Shown piece by piece: positions 36,201 to 49,941 of a stretch of 64,000 nucleotides of DNA. Below the pieces are notes generated by a model. It did not search any database. It saw only the letters and a list, made by a program, of their open reading frames with translations, and had not been told where the DNA came from. The DNA is taken from positions 2,418,001 to 2,482,000 of the forward strand of contig OZ024766.1 of assembly GCA_964016885.1 (NCBI GenBank). The letters are read 5' to 3'. The position numbers and the translations under genes were made by a program. Source of the DNA: Eledone cirrhosa (taxonomy: Eukaryota). Numbering within the stretch: the stretch's first letter is position 1; each line of letters begins with the position of its first letter.

Positions 36201-37311
36201 TATCTTCTTATTTAGCCACAGATTCGTATCTTGTCACAATAAACAAGTAGAGTTAGCTAGCTTTCTTTAGCCATTGGAATTCGTATATCCTCTGTCTTTC
36301 TCTATCCCTGTACATCTACGATACTCAACTCAAACTCTATCTTTACCATGAATTTGCTTCCTCTCCCACTACACTTCTTGTATACTCAATATTTACATTG
36401 GGTACATCATACAGAGTTACTACCTACACCTTTTCTACATATCAAACAAGGCTACTTCCCAGATGAGATCAAGGTCTTGTCTTCTTTCCTCTTTATGAAG
36501 ACTTTGGTTATTGTCAAGTTTAGTCTAAACATTTTGTAATATGTTTTTGTTTCTAAAGTTAGAATTTCTACTCCAGCCCTTTCACAGATTCAGCCATAAG
36601 AAACAGATCATCAACATACAGAATTTCCCATAGATATTATGTGTTAAACTCCTCTCTTAGTAAACAGAAGTAGGTTCAGTACAGAGTCATGATCAACTGT
36701 TACCTGTACAAGTATTTGTGTTAGATGTATTAAAACTTCTATTGAGATGATATTAATACATACAGTGTTAATAAAAAATACACACTACAACAGGGAGTGT
36801 GGGTGTTGTGCTCTAAATATTTCTTGAGGCCAGTTACAGCATTATGACATGGGATAGAGGGTCCCTCAATTATACCCTACAACAGGGAATGTGGGTGTTG
36901 TCCTCTAAATATTTCTTGATGACAGTTACAGCATTAAGTCAGTTATAGAGGGCCCCTTAACTATACACTACAACAGGGAATGTGGGTGTTGTCAAAAAAA
37001 TATATTTAAGAAGACAACTATCAGATATGAGAATAACTTTAATCTCACCTAAAAGTAAATAAAACAAATGGAAAGCAATATTTGGAGGCTGTAGAAATAC
37101 TAAGGGTTTCCCTGGATTGTTAGTTGACAATAAGTTTATATTTGTAAGGTGAAGGACATGTCCGATTGCGTAGGTCAAAGGTTTCTTGGCTGGTCTCACT
37201 TGGGGATCTAGCAGGATAAGCTGCTTCTGGTAGAATCTACTGGAAGAAATGTGTAAAGATCCTGACCCTCAAACCCTCTCAAGAATAAGTGGGAAAAAAA
37301 GAAGCGTTTTT

Positions 37312-38625
37312 TTAACCAGTGTGTATTCCTTTGTGCTTAGTTAAAGCACCACTAGAGACAAAAGATTTCCCACATATTTCACAATGAAAAGGTTTCTCTC
37401 CAGTGTGTGTTCTTTTGTGTACGGTTAAAGCGCTGTTAATGACAAAAGATTTCCCACATATTTCACAGTGATAGGGTTTCTCTCCAGTGTGACTACGCAT
37501 GTGCACAAGTAGATGAAAATTCTGAGGGAATGACTTTGTACATATTTCACAATGATAGGGTTTTTCTCCAGTGTGTGTTCTTTTGTGGACAAACAAATGA
37601 GTGTTCCTGCCAAAAGATTTCCCACATGTTTCACATTGAAAGGGTTTCTCTCCAGTATGTGTTCTTATATGTACAGTTAAATCACCACTAGTGACAAATG
37701 CTTTCCCACATATTTCGCAATGAAATGGTTTCTCTCCAGTGTGTGTTCTTTTATGTATTTTTAAGCTACAGACAGAGAGAAAAGATTTTCCACATGTTTC
37801 ACAGTGGAAAGGTTTGTCTCCAGTGTGTGTTTTTTTGTGAAGAGTTAAATAACTGCTTTTAATAAAACATTTCCCACATGTTTCACAGTGGAAGGGTGTC
37901 TCTCCGGTGTGTGTTCTTTTGTGTACAGTTAAATCTGTGTTACTGACATAAGATTTCCCACATGTTTCACAGTGAAAGCGTTTTTCTCCCCTGTGTGTTC
38001 TTTTGTGAATAAGCAGATCATCATTTTCAATGAATGTTTTCCCACATGTTTTGCAGTGGAAGTGTTTTTCTCCATTATGACTACCCATGTGGCTAACAAG
38101 ATTGGAATTGCGAGTGAAAGATTTCCCACATATTTCACAGTGAAAGGGTCTCTCTCCTGTGTGTATTTTTTTATGTCCATTTAACCGACTTGTAGAGACA
38201 AAAGATTTCCCACATATTTCACAATGATACATTTTTTCTCCAGTATGTATTCTTTTGTGGACTAAAAGACTATAATTTAGAGAGAAAAATCTTCCACATA
38301 TTTCACAGCAGAAGGGTTTTTCTCCAGTGTGACTTCGTAAGTGCCTAACAAGACTAATTTTCCAAGTGAAAGAATTCCCACATATTTGACAGTGGAAAGG
38401 TTTGTCTTTGGTGTGTGTTTCTTTGTGTGTGCATAATTCATCTTCTGATGAGAAAGTTTCATTACAAATCTCACAGCTATATTCAGGAATATTTCTGTGT
38501 AATGATCCATGTTCAGTACATGTTTCACTAGGTAAAGGTTTCTCACCACTGTATGTCTGTGTAACTGTATCTATATTGGTAGAAACAGGTGTGGTAGAAA
38601 TGTCCAAGGGTTTAACGTCTTCCAT
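37312..38625 (-). CDS. C2H2 zinc-finger protein, family A (14 fingers)
   Basis: ATG at 38625 gives the [10 protein letters not shown] leader shared with paralogs; ORF-track start 38670 is TTG. Confidence 0.92.
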   Translation of the reverse strand: MEDVKPLDISTTPVSTNIDTVTQTYSGEKPLPSETCTEHGSLHRNIPEYSCEICNETFSSEDELCTHKETHTKDKPFHCQICGNSFTWKISLVRHLRSHTGEKPFCCEICGRFFSLNYSLLVHKRIHTGEKMYHCEICGKSFVSTSRLNGHKKIHTGERPFHCEICGKSFTRNSNLVSHMGSHNGEKHFHCKTCGKTFIENDDLLIHKRTHRGEKRFHCETCGKSYVSNTDLTVHKRTHTGETPFHCETCGKCFIKSSYLTLHKKTHTGDKPFHCETCGKSFLSVCSLKIHKRTHTGEKPFHCEICGKAFVTSGDLTVHIRTHTGEKPFQCETCGKSFGRNTHLFVHKRTHTGEKPYHCEICTKSFPQNFHLLVHMRSHTGEKPYHCEICGKSFVINSALTVHKRTHTGEKPFHCEICGKSFVSSGALTKHKGIHTG

Positions 38626-39428
38626 TGTAATTCTTGAAGAATTCTTAAAACTCGAGAAGAGGTATGACAATGTACGAGTGATTTGGGGTAATAAATGGTC
38701 CTCTATGTACTTATATATATATGATCGAAGTTCTGAAGATATATGACTGTGTAAGACTGATGTCGGTATAAGAAAGTGTAAGAGAGAGAGTGTGTGGGTG
38801 TTTGTGTCTTAATAAATCAAGATTGTTTACCCCAGAGTATAAAAAAGTACACAATATCTGCAGTGTTAACAATACAAATAATACGTACTTTATATTTCAA
38901 GTCCAAGTGTAAAGTCAAGAAAGACCAGGAAAGCTAATTGTTCAGATGTTGGTGATTTAAACCTATTTCTCTCTGTCCTGTAAAATGTGGAACAACCAAT
39001 TCAAGATGTAGCGTAGTTTCTCATGAAATGAAATATTTAATCATGTAGGAGATGGAACACCTACCCTGGAACATGTAGCTCACTCTACAGAATATTAACT
39101 TTCACTTTAACATGAGATAATTACTACATATAATTAGATTAATTAATGTTATAATTAAGATAGCAGGTACGTAGTATCGTTGGTAATACTTCATTCTCCT
39201 GAATAACACCGGTGTCATACGTTAAAAGTCCCTGACATAATTTACGACCTTCAGTTATATCAATTCACTCCATCAATTGTATCCAACCCCTGGTAAAACA
39301 AGCAACATCGCCCACTAAAATAACTATTACATATCAACGAGGCTGTCTCTTACCTGGTTGCTCAATGTGTTAGAAATAGCAGTCAACTCACTATTTACCA
39401 TATTACAACGATGGAAAAATACGTTCGG

Positions 39429-39472
<44 letters not shown>

Positions 39473-39602
39473 CAACGAGACAGTCACGGGTGGAACAAAT
39501 TTATATATAGGTCTGCTTGCCCAACCAGACATGGGATGATGTAAATTAAGGAAATGTGAGGTTGTCTCCCCTGGCAATACATGTGTGTGTGTGTGTGTCA
39601 TC

Positions 39603-39788
39603 ATGGATTGGCAGTATCGGTAGAGGGTCGGACGCCATGCTTTCTAACACAGTTACGTCCCTTTACAGTCTGAGTTCAAATCCCGCCGAGGTTAACTTTG
39701 CCTTTCATCCTTACGGGGTCGATAAAATAAAGTACCAGTAATGTACTGGGTAATTGCTGGCCTTGTGCCTAAAGTAGAAACAATTATT
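39603..39788 (+). mobile_element. Same SINE family (others: 45757-46110 - x2, 47545-47718 +, 54408-54870 - several)
   Basis: A/B boxes and core. Confidence 0.85.
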
Positions 39789-39789
39789 G

Positions 39790-40438
39790 TTTAACCTCCA
39801 TTTTCCATGATAGCATGGGTTAGACAAGTTGTCCCATTAGAAGCAAGTCAGGTTAGGTAACCCGGCCAGGTCTCTACGGTTGGATGCCCTTCCTTCCTAA
39901 AAACCAACTGTATTTACTGTGTGGGCTGGGTACTCTTTGTCATGACACATATTACCACTTTATAGTGTGGACTGGGTACTTTTTGTTGTGACACCTACAT
40001 GACCACTTTACAGTGTGTACTGGGTACTTTTTATCGTGACACCTACACGACCACTTTACAGTGTGTACTGGGTACTTTTTGTTGTGACACCTACACGACC
40101 ACTTTACAGTGTGTACTGGGTACTTTTTGTTGTGACACCTACACGACCACTTTACAGTGTGGACTGGGTACTTGTTGTTGTGACACCTACATGACCACTT
40201 TACAGTGTGTACTGGGTACTTTTTATCGTGACACCTACACTTTACAGTGTGTACTGGGTACTTTTTGTTGTGACACCTACATGACCACTTTACAGTGTGG
40301 ACTGGGTACTTGTTGTTGTGACACCTACATGACCACTTTACAGTGTGGACTGGGTACTTGTTGTTGTGACACCTACATGACCACTTTACAGTGTGTACTG
40401 GGTGTCTTTTATCGTGACCCCTACATGACCACTTTACA
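39790..40438 (-). repeat. RTE 3'UTR with 48-bp minisatellite (~10 units)
   Basis: gacacctacatgaccactttacagtgtggactgggtactttttgttgt following ggatgcccttcc. Confidence 0.88.
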
Positions 40439-40635
40439 ATGACATCACAATTTCCCCAACACACTGCCTCACAATCCTGAACACCTCAAGTTTCTGGTCT
40501 TCACATTGCAAAACATGTTTGAATTTTTTATTTTCCACTTGCCTCCTTGAAAAGTATACTTGATGCCTAGCTTCCATCCTTGCCGCTATGTTGTGTACCC
40601 TGCTTCCCCGACTATTTATATATATATGTATGTAG

Positions 40636-40960
40636 TGAATGCACATGGCTTAGTGGTTAGAGCATTGAGGTTGTGAGTTGGATTCTCGGGCTGGACTATG
40701 TGTTGTGTTCTTGAGCAAGACACTTTATTTCACGTTGTTCCAGTTGACTCAGCTGTAGAAATGAGTTGTGACGTCACTGGTGCCAAGCTGTATCAGCCAT
40801 TGCCTTTCCTTTAGACTACATCTGTGGCGTAGACGGGGGAGGCTGGTATGCTTGGACTACTGCTGGTCTTCCACAAAACAAACCTTGCCCAGTCTTCTAC
40901 CTCGGAGGGAAACTTTCTAGGTGGAAATCACGATCTTTCATGATTGAAGGGGGTCTTTAC
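40636..40960 (+). mobile_element. Second tRNA-derived SINE with CORE-like domain (others: 55476-55710 +, 45140-45285 -)
   Basis: A box TGGCTTAGTGGTTAGAGC, then gtgttcttgagcaagacactttatttcac...ctcagctgtagaaatgag. Confidence 0.7.
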
Positions 40961-41157
40961 CCTTTTATATATATATAAATAATATATATATTTATATATA
41001 TATATATAATATATATATTTATATATATATATATAATATATATATTTATATATATATATATAAATAATATATATATTTATATATATATAATATAAACGGA
41101 AAAAATGAAACGATATTTCATTTCCCACTCTTAGTACGGCTGTTACTTAAATATAAG

Positions 41158-41733
41158 TATGTACACGTACATACATATATGTATACAGACGTACAGTAGT
41201 ATGTATATATATATATATACATACATGCACACACATATATATATGTACGTATGGATTTACCGAACATTTATTATAATGCTCGGTGTGTTTGTAAACAAAC
41301 ATCCTGAATTAAGCCGTAGTGTCTAGCAACCATCGTTGCTCGTTTGTTCAACACTGACAAAGGAACGCTGTACTAGTTTCAAGTTTCGGCCGATTAACTC
41401 ACTCGATATGCAAATTAGGCTGCTCATCCGTTAATATGCATAAGGAAAGTATATACTTTCAGACGTTCAATCATCTGGCAGGAAGGTATGTTGCTGACGA
41501 TAGCTAATAAGCTTGAAACTAGTACAGCGTTCCTTTGTCAGTGTTGAACAAACGAGCAACGATGGTTGCTAGGCACTGTACGGCTTGATTCGGGATGTTT
41601 GTTTACAAACACGCCGAGCATTATAATAAATGTTCGGTAAACCCATACGTACATATATATACGTGTGCATGTATATATATAAATATACATACTACTGTAC
41701 GTCTGTATACATATTTGTATGTACGCATACATA
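41158..41733. mobile_element. Foldback element/MITE with ~225-bp inverted arms
   Basis: 41158-41383 is the reverse complement of 41512-41733; 128-bp spacer. Confidence 0.88.
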
Positions 41734-42083
41734 ATTATATATATAATATATAATATTTATATATATAATATTTGCACAGTAATAACTCGTTGAACAATTT
41801 AGAATATTTCTAAAGTAATATACTGCCAATGAGTTACTATTAATAATGAAAATAATCAATAATTTGAAGGAATTTAATAAATAATTAATTTTTTATTCCC
41901 AAGTTGTTGTTTGGTACATTACTGAACAAAAACTTCTGACACAAATTTGTTGTAAGGTTTTTATATATAAACAATTTTGAAAACAGGAAGTTTTGTTTCA
42001 CCAAAGGAGAGGCGGTTTCATGTGGGTGGGTGTTGAAAATGACAAGCAGAAAACAACATGGCAACTTTTAAACATATACGTAT

Positions 42084-43283
42084 TCATACTCCTGTATGAA
42101 TACGTATATGTTTAGCCAAGCTGCTGTTTTGAGAGAATGATTTATCACAGATGTCACAATGATATGGCTTCTCTCCTTTCTGAGTACATGAGTGTGTAGT
42201 TAAATTAGTTTTCTGAGAGAATGATTTACCACAGACATCACAGTGATGAGGCTTCTCTCCTGTATGAACCAACTTGTGTCTCGATAAGTGACTTACCTGT
42301 GAGAATGTTTTGCTACAGATATCACAGTGATGAGGCTTCTCTCCTGTATGATTGTATTTGTGTCTCGTTAAGCTAACCGTATGAGAGAATGATTCACCAC
42401 AGATATCACACTGATGAGGCTTCTCACCTGTGTGGATATATTTGTGTTTAGTTAAATTTCCCTTATCACAGAATGATTTACCACAGACATCACAGTGATA
42501 TGGTTTCTCTCCTGTATGAGTATATTTGTGAGTAGTTAAGCCAGTTGTATGAAAGAATGATTTACCACAGACATCACAATCATATGGTTTCTCTCCTGTA
42601 TGAACATATTTGTGTGTTGTTAAGTTACCTGCTTGAGAGAATGATTTACCACAGACATCACAGTGATATGGCTTCTCCCCTGTATGAATATATGTGTGTT
42701 TATCTAAGCCACCTTTTTGAGAGAATGATTTACCACAGACATCACACTGATATGGCTTCTCTCCTGTATGAACAAGCTTGTGTTTAGTAAAATTTCCTTT
42801 ATCAGAAAATGATTTACCACAGATATGACAGTGATATGGTTTCTCTCCTGTGTGAATATATTTATGAGTAGTTAAACCTGCTGCATGAGAGAATGATTTA
42901 CCACAGATATCACAGTGATAAAGTTTCTCTCCTGTATGAATAGATTTGTGTGTCGTTAAATGATCCTTTTGAGCAAATGATTTACCACATGTATCACATA
43001 GATATGGCTTTTCTCCTGTGTGAATATGTTTGTGTTTCATTAAGTTACCTTTATCAGAGAATGATTTATCACAGATATCACATTGATATGGTTTCTCTCC
43101 TGTATGAGTACGTTTGTGTGTTATTAACCGACTAATGTGAGGAAATGATTTATCACAGGTCTCACAGTGATATGGCTTTGCTCTGGTGTGAGAATGTTTG
43201 TGTTTTATGAGGCTATCTTCTCGGGAGAATGATTTACTACAGAATTCACAGTCGTATGATAATGTTCCTACTTGCTTTGACAT
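42084..43283 (-). CDS. C2H2 zinc-finger protein, family B (14 fingers, finger 13 lacks last His)
   Basis: ATG at 43283 (MSKQVG) aligns with MSKANG/MSKEIG of paralogs; frame stays open ~45 codons upstream. Confidence 0.9.
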   Translation of the reverse strand: MSKQVGTLSYDCEFCSKSFSREDSLIKHKHSHTRAKPYHCETCDKSFPHISRLITHKRTHTGEKPYQCDICDKSFSDKGNLMKHKHIHTGEKPYLCDTCGKSFAQKDHLTTHKSIHTGEKLYHCDICGKSFSHAAGLTTHKYIHTGEKPYHCHICGKSFSDKGNFTKHKLVHTGEKPYQCDVCGKSFSQKGGLDKHTYIHTGEKPYHCDVCGKSFSQAGNLTTHKYVHTGEKPYDCDVCGKSFFHTTGLTTHKYTHTGEKPYHCDVCGKSFCDKGNLTKHKYIHTGEKPHQCDICGESFSHTVSLTRHKYNHTGEKPHHCDICSKTFSQVSHLSRHKLVHTGEKPHHCDVCGKSFSQKTNLTTHSCTQKGEKPYHCDICDKSFSQNSSLAKHIRIHTGV

Positions 43284-43777
43284 CTCTTCAGGTAAAAAGG
43301 ATAAATCTGAAAATGATGCTAATTCCTTTGTAAATTCCTCCAAATTTAATAAGAATGCAATATCTTCTTGTACACTTTCCAGATACTGAAGAGGAGAAAT
43401 TTTTCTATGAACTTCAGTTCAGAAGAAATATTTCACTGTAATCCACCAAATGTTGATATAAAATGGTTCAGGTTAGTTCTGCGTAAAATATTCTTTTAGT
43501 TGTTTAAAAGATGCTATTGATGATATAGCTGAAGTTAAACTCTCTCCTCTGTCAATGTCAGGTGATATTCTGAAATAACAGAGAAACAAAATATGATATA
43601 GAGGAGAGGATATTAAAATGTTGTGATTCAACAATGGGAATTATACAAAATTTCTATATCGATAAACTGTAAAAACTTTCACCTAAATAATTTAACTTTT
43701 CAAATATATCCTTATATCTTAAAGTCTAAAAGTGTGTTTGTGTGTATATATATAAATATATATATATACGTATATAC

Positions 43778-44510
43778 GAAGCTTGCATGCTCCGCTGGAT
43801 GTGTAACAGTAATATACGTGAACGGCAAAGCATAAACGAACTAAGGAAAAAATTAGAAATAAGAGGGATCAGATGTTGTTTACTCGAGAGAAGACTATGT
43901 TGGTACGGTCACGTGATGCGCATGATAGACGACAGCTGTATAACAAAGTGCAGGGCAATAAAGATAGACGGTAGCCACGGAGTAGGCAGACCCAGAAAAA
44001 CATGGGACGAGCTGATAAATTCCGACCTCACACGCTTACACCTCTCCAAGACAATGTCACTGGACCGAGACCTTTGGCGGTACTCAGTAATAGAGAAGAC
44101 CCGCCTTACCTAAATACAAAGTAAAAACCTACTACAGTCAGTAGGCACCTCTATCAAAACACACCCCCGTCCCACCACCTCCACCCCACCCACACCGCCC
44201 CTTTCAATGTAAAGTTATGTTGGTGCCACAAAATCCAGGCCGAAACAAATGAGATCGTGTAGGTGTCACGACAAAAAAACACACAGTCCACGCTGTAATG
44301 TGGCCGTGTAGGCAACACGGTAAAAACCTCCCAGACCCACACTGTAAACGTGGTTGATGTTAGGAAGGGCATCCAACTGTAGAAAGCCTGCCAGACAGTC
44401 CTATGCGAGCAAGACAACCACTCTTGCCTCAAGTGGGAAAACCCCCGTCCAAACCCATGCAAGCGTGGAACACGGACGCTAAACCTGATGATGATGATGA
44501 TGATGATGAT
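43778..44510 (+). mobile_element. RTE LINE 3' remnant with (GAT)n tail
   Basis: MLRWMC...RRLCWYGHVMRM...GRPRKTW...DRDLWR, 3'UTR and tail. Confidence 0.88.
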
Positions 44511-45120
44511 ACATTCATCCATCCATCCATATCCAGTTTTGGTATTTAGGGTGCTGCGGTTGCCCTGGACTCCGAGGTAGACAACGCCAGGCAATGTCTC
44601 ACAGTCGCTCTCCATGAATTTCTGTCCACAGTATCGACATCGGCCAAGTTCCACTTATATAAATCACTCTTCACCCACTCCAACCACGCCTTCCTTGGTC
44701 CGCCGCGATCTCTGGGGCCAGGGATTGCCAAGTGAGTGATGGAGTTGATGTATGGCGTGGTTCGCTGTACATGTCCTTACCAACAGAGACGCTGTGTGTG
44801 AAGGACAGCAGTGATCTCATCCCCACCCAGCTTCTGGTGCAGCACAGTCGAGGAGCCCACCAGATAATAGAACGGGAGAATTTGTCAAAAGCTATCTCTA
44901 GGTCAACAAAAGCCGAGTACAGGGGTTTACCTTTCATCATCATCATCATCATCATCATCATTTTACGTCCGCTTTTCCCTGCTTGCAAGGGTGGGACGGG
45001 AACTGGTTCTGGCTTGATTTCTACAGCTGGATGCCCTTCCTAACACCAACCTCATTTACAGTGAGTGCTGGGTGCTTTTTTTTTTGCCGTGGCACCTCCA
45101 CGACCACTTTGCAGTGGAAT
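44511..45120 (-). mobile_element. Stacked LINE fragments
   Basis: GPRKAWLEWVKSDL...DRNSWR with (GGAT)n tail; AFVDLEIAFD RT motif; RTE 3' tail with (CAT)n. Confidence 0.7.
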
Positions 45121-45495
45121 GATAGGGACCCCGGTCCCTATCATCTCATTTCTACAGCTGAGTAAACTGGAGCAATGTGAAATAAAGTGTCTTGCTCAAG
45201 GAAACAACACATCAGCCGGTCTGAGAATTGAACTCACAACCTTTCGATTGCAAGGCCAATGCTCTAACCAGTAAGCCATGTGCAGGGAAAAAGCGGACGT
45301 AAAATGAAATGATGATGATGTCACTCCACAGTACATCAATATATATATATGTATCTGTATGTCTCTTGCGTTGGAAAAGAGGTCAATTATGTGTACAAAC
45401 ATTGAAAAATGCTCCGAAGACTCCAAGCCGAGGTTTGGATGAAACAATTCTAAGTGAATAAATGCTTCGAACATAGCTTTGATTCTTGTGAATTC

Positions 45496-45532
<37 letters not shown>

Positions 45533-46430
45533 TTATATTTATGGTGGTTTCGATTGCCTCGACTTAGTTCACCATAGAAAACTGCCCATAGCAGAGAAGA
45601 CTTCCGGTGCCCTAAGACTACCTCCCACCTCACCACCATTGTTACAGTGTTGGCTACCCACAGGTGTGAGGCTCGTGAATTGGAATGGCTCTTCCTGTCA
45701 TCTCCCTCAGCATGCTTCAGGGAAGCGCCTTCTTTATTCTGTCCGCTGGGGCTTATAATAATTGTTTCTACGTTAGGCACAAGGCCAGCAATTACCCAGT
45801 GTATTACTGGTACTTTATTTTAGCGACCCCGTAAGGATGAAAGGCAAAGTCAACCTCGGCGGGATTTGAACTCATATCGTAAAGGGACGTAACTCTATGC
45901 TGGAAAGCATGGCGTCCGACCCTCTACCGATCTTTTGGCACAAGGCCAGCGATTACTCCAGTGCATTACTGGTACTTTATTTTATCGACCCCGTAAGGAT
46001 GAAAGGCAAAGTTAACCTCGGCGGGATTTGAACTCAGAACGCAAAGAGCCGTAACTCTATGCTGCAAAGCATGGTGTCTGACGCTCTACCGATACTGCCA
46101 AACCCCACCGGAGTGGGAGAGAGATGGAGGCAGTGACAGAGGCTGTTTAGTATGAGTTCGGACCTGGAGTAAATATCTTTCAGACAGACAAACATTCACA
46201 CTGGGGTTGTGTAGTTACGAACAGATTAAACCCATCATTTCTGCTAGTTTTGAAAGAGATATTCGTTCAAAATACATCTAAAACAATTGGAAAAACATAG
46301 ATTCCCCACCAGAAGCGGGGCGTGGCAAGGTGTAGATTGTAAAACAAGTTACCGGAAAGTGTACATAAAAGTGACGAGGAAGAATTTTATGGAAGAGGCG
46401 ACGTAGCCGGTCCCGGTAAAATAGACCCCC

Positions 46431-46932
46431 AGGCTATGTAGCCGTTAAGATTGTCAGACAACATTAATTACGGCCCTTTACGGTCCGAGTTAAGTCAATT
46501 TGAAATCTTTTCCACCATCAATTGTTAAAAAACAACTTAAAACGTACGTTGGACTTTAGTTACACACACACATATATATATATATATACAGGTAAATACA
46601 TATAAACAGAAGTACACATACACACACACACATCTACACATAAATATACAAACATATACAGACACCAGAAGTACACACACATCTACACATAAATATACAA
46701 ACATATACAGACACCAGAAGTACACACACACATCTACACATAAATATACAAACATATACTGACACCAGAAGTACACACACACATCTACGCGTAAATACAT
46801 ATTCCTAGACACATTATACAAAATAATTATCACATACACACACATCTATGAATGAATAAGGAAGGAACGGGCTGGTGAAACACTATAGCGATATGTGTTG
46901 CGTCCCTTTAGGGTTTACCGGCTACACAGCCT
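46431..46932. mobile_element. Probable MITE with 18-bp TIRs and an internal ~50-bp CA-rich tandem repeat
   Basis: aggctatgtagccgttaa vs ttaccggctacacagcct; interrupts the family B upstream block. Confidence 0.5.
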
Positions 46933-47259
46933 ATTCGAATATGTTTGCCCAAAGTTGTTAAATATTTTCACTTGTATATAATTACTGTATCGTTGAAAGG
47001 TTCACATAATTCTATTATTTACACACATTATTATAGACTTCAAGTAAATCTTTCTCAACTTACCCTCTTCACATGTAATCAATGTGTTGTCTTCTTATAT
47101 TTTATTAAACAAAGAAATAATCTCCTTCTTGTTGTTGAATAAGAATTTTCCACCCAATTAACGCCAGAGAAAGTGCTTCTCCCCCACAATTAAAACAACA
47201 GTAGAGCTAGCTTGGTATTTTTAGCCACAGAAATACGTATCTATCTATTTCACTTTTTC

Positions 47260-47310
<51 letters not shown>

Positions 47311-47819
47311 ATTTATATATATATTGGAAAAGTATAAAAACAAAAACAATAACAAGGAATCAAGTACGAACCGCTTTCAGCCTAAACGGGATCTTAGATC
47401 CCGTTAAGGGTGAAAGCAGCGATTCTTTGCTTAAACTTTAATCTGTTATTTTAATAAATATTTGCTCTACGGTTCTTATATATTTGATATATATTTATCC
47501 TTATCGAGCCCTCTTTGGATCTTAGTCTTAAATTTTTTTTATTATTTGGCAGTATCGGACGCCATGTTTTCGAGCACAGTTACGTCCCTTTACGATCTGA
47601 GTTCAAATCCCGTCGAGGTTGACTTTGCCTTTCATCCTTACGGGGGTCGATAAAATAAAGTACCAGTAATGTACTGGGGATATTTGCTGGCCTTGTGCCT
47701 AGAGTAGAAACAATTATTACTATATATATATATAGGAGGTCTGTTGCATTCTAGTTCGTATTCCAACATTTTCTACCTTAGTCATCTACGTTATCATCAT
47801 ATATATATATACATATATA

Positions 47820-48720
47820 TATGTCCGTTCTTCCACGCTAGCATGGGTTATCCTATTGAGAGCAGTGTCCGGTCGGCTGACCTTGTCTTGCTCATACGGG
47901 AACTGATTTTGGCTTGATTTCTACAGCTGGATGTCCTTCCTAACACCAACCTCATTTACAGTGAGTACTGGGTGCTGACTATTTTACAGTGTGGACTGGG
48001 TACTTTTTGTTGTGACACCAACATGACCACTCTACAGTGTAGACTGGGTGTTGTTTGTTGTGACACCTACATGACCACTTTACAGTGTAGACTGGGTGCT
48101 TTTTGTTGTGACACCTACATGACCACTTTACAGTGTGGACTGGGTGCTTTTTGTTGTGACACCTACATGACCACTTTACAGTGTGGACTGGGTGCTTTTT
48201 GTTGTGACACCTACATGACCACTTTACAGTGTGGACTGGGTGCTTTTTGTTGTGACACCTACAAGACCACTTTACAGTGTGGACTGGGTGCTTTTTGTTG
48301 TGACACCTACATGACCACTTTACAGTGTGGACTGGGTGCTTTTTGTTGTGACATCTACATGACCACTTTACAGTGTGGACTGGGTGCTTTTTGTTGTGAC
48401 ACCTACATGACCACTTTACAGTGTAGACTGGGTGCTTTTTGTTGTGACACCTACATGACCACTTTACAGTGTGGACTGGGTGCTTTTTGTTGTGACACCT
48501 ACATGACCACTTTACAGAGTGGACTGGGTGTCTTTTGTTGTGACACCTACATGACCACTTTACAGAGTGGACTGGGTGTCTTTTGTTGTGACACCTACAT
48601 GACCACTTTACAGTGTGGACTGGGTGCTTTTTGTTGTGACACCTACATGACCACTTTACAGTGTGGACTGGGTACTTTTTGTTGTGACACCTACATGACC
48701 ACTTTACAGTGTGGACTGGT
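47820..48720 (-). repeat. RTE 3'UTR with 48-bp minisatellite (~15 units)
   Basis: Same unit; flank matches 205-370. Confidence 0.9.
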
Positions 48721-48944
48721 GGGAGGGGTGTTTGGGGATTAGAAAGGTGTCTAAATGGGTGTGTGTGAGGAGTATGGAAGGGATGGTGAAGGTGGTACTT
48801 GCCTTATGCTTCAGTCTTAGCATATTTCCTGTCTTAGATACAACATACATAAGTTCTTTGGAAGAATGCTTTTATTAAAAATAAAACAATATCAAATTAT
48901 CTCACCAATATCAGACATAGCTGTAATTATAGTGTTTGAGGCTT

Positions 48945-49600
48945 GTTATTCAAATCCCGTTGAGGTTGACTTTGCCTTTCATCCTTACGGGGGTCGATAA
49001 AATAAAGTACCAGTAATACACTGGATGATTGCTGGCCTTGTGCCTAAAGTAGAAACAGTTATTACAGGGTCGATAAAATAAAAGTACCAGTAATACACTG
49101 GGTGATTGCTGGCCTTGTGCCTAAAGTAGAAACAGTTATTACAGGGTCGATAAAATAAAAGTACCAGTAATACACTGGCCTTGTGCCTAAAGTAGAAACA
49201 GTTATTACAGGGTCGATAAAATAAAAGTACCAGTAATGCACTGGGGTGATTGCTGGCCTTGTGCCTCAAGTAGAAACAGTTATTACAGGGTCGATAAAAT
49301 AAAAGTACCAGTAATGCACTGGGGTAATTGCTGGCCTTGTGTCTCAAGTAGAAACAGTTATTACGGGGTCGATAAAATAAAAGTACCAGTAATGCACTGG
49401 GGTGATTGCTGGCCTTGTGCCTCAAGTAGAAACAGTTATTACAGGGTCGATAAAATAAAAGTACCAGTAATGCACTGGGGTGATTGCTGGCCTTGTGCCT
49501 CAAGTAGAAACAGTTATTACAGGGTCGATAAAATAAAAGTACCAGTAATGCACTGGGGTAATTGCTGGCCTTGTGCCTCAAGCAGAAACAGTTATTACAG
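48945..49600 (+). repeat. SINE with its 3' ~78 bp tandemly repeated 8 times
   Basis: gggtcgataaaata at 48991, 49067, 49144, 49210, 49288, 49366, 49444, 49522. Confidence 0.9.
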
Positions 49601-49941
49601 TGTAGTACCTTTCCTATGGCATGGTATGGTACTGTAACTCCTGATAGAGTCGCAGAGATGCCGAACTGGCATACAGAAATTCTTAGGCATTTTAAGCGTG
49701 GTGGAGCCCATCCCCCTCCAGGGCCGAGTACAGCAGATTTCTTCTAAAGAGAGGAAGAATCGACCCCAGTACTAGACTGGTACTTTTTTTTACCGACCTT
49801 GAAACGATGAAAGCCAAAGTGACCTTGTTAGGACTTGAACCGAGAGAATAAAGGGCCGAAACGAATACCATAAAGCATTTTATCCAACGTTCAAACAATT
49901 CTGCTAATTCACCGCCTATATGTTGATATATTCATGGTTAA

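Noticed and set aside
39603-39690. tRNA-like A/B boxes
   Set aside because: SINE heads with no complete cloverleaf
47972-48742. 256-aa Cys-rich ORF (CCDTYMTTLQCGLGAF repeats); similar at 39999-40442
   Set aside because: Translation of a 48-bp array antisense to a LINE 3'UTR; the unit is a multiple of 3 without a stop; GTG start
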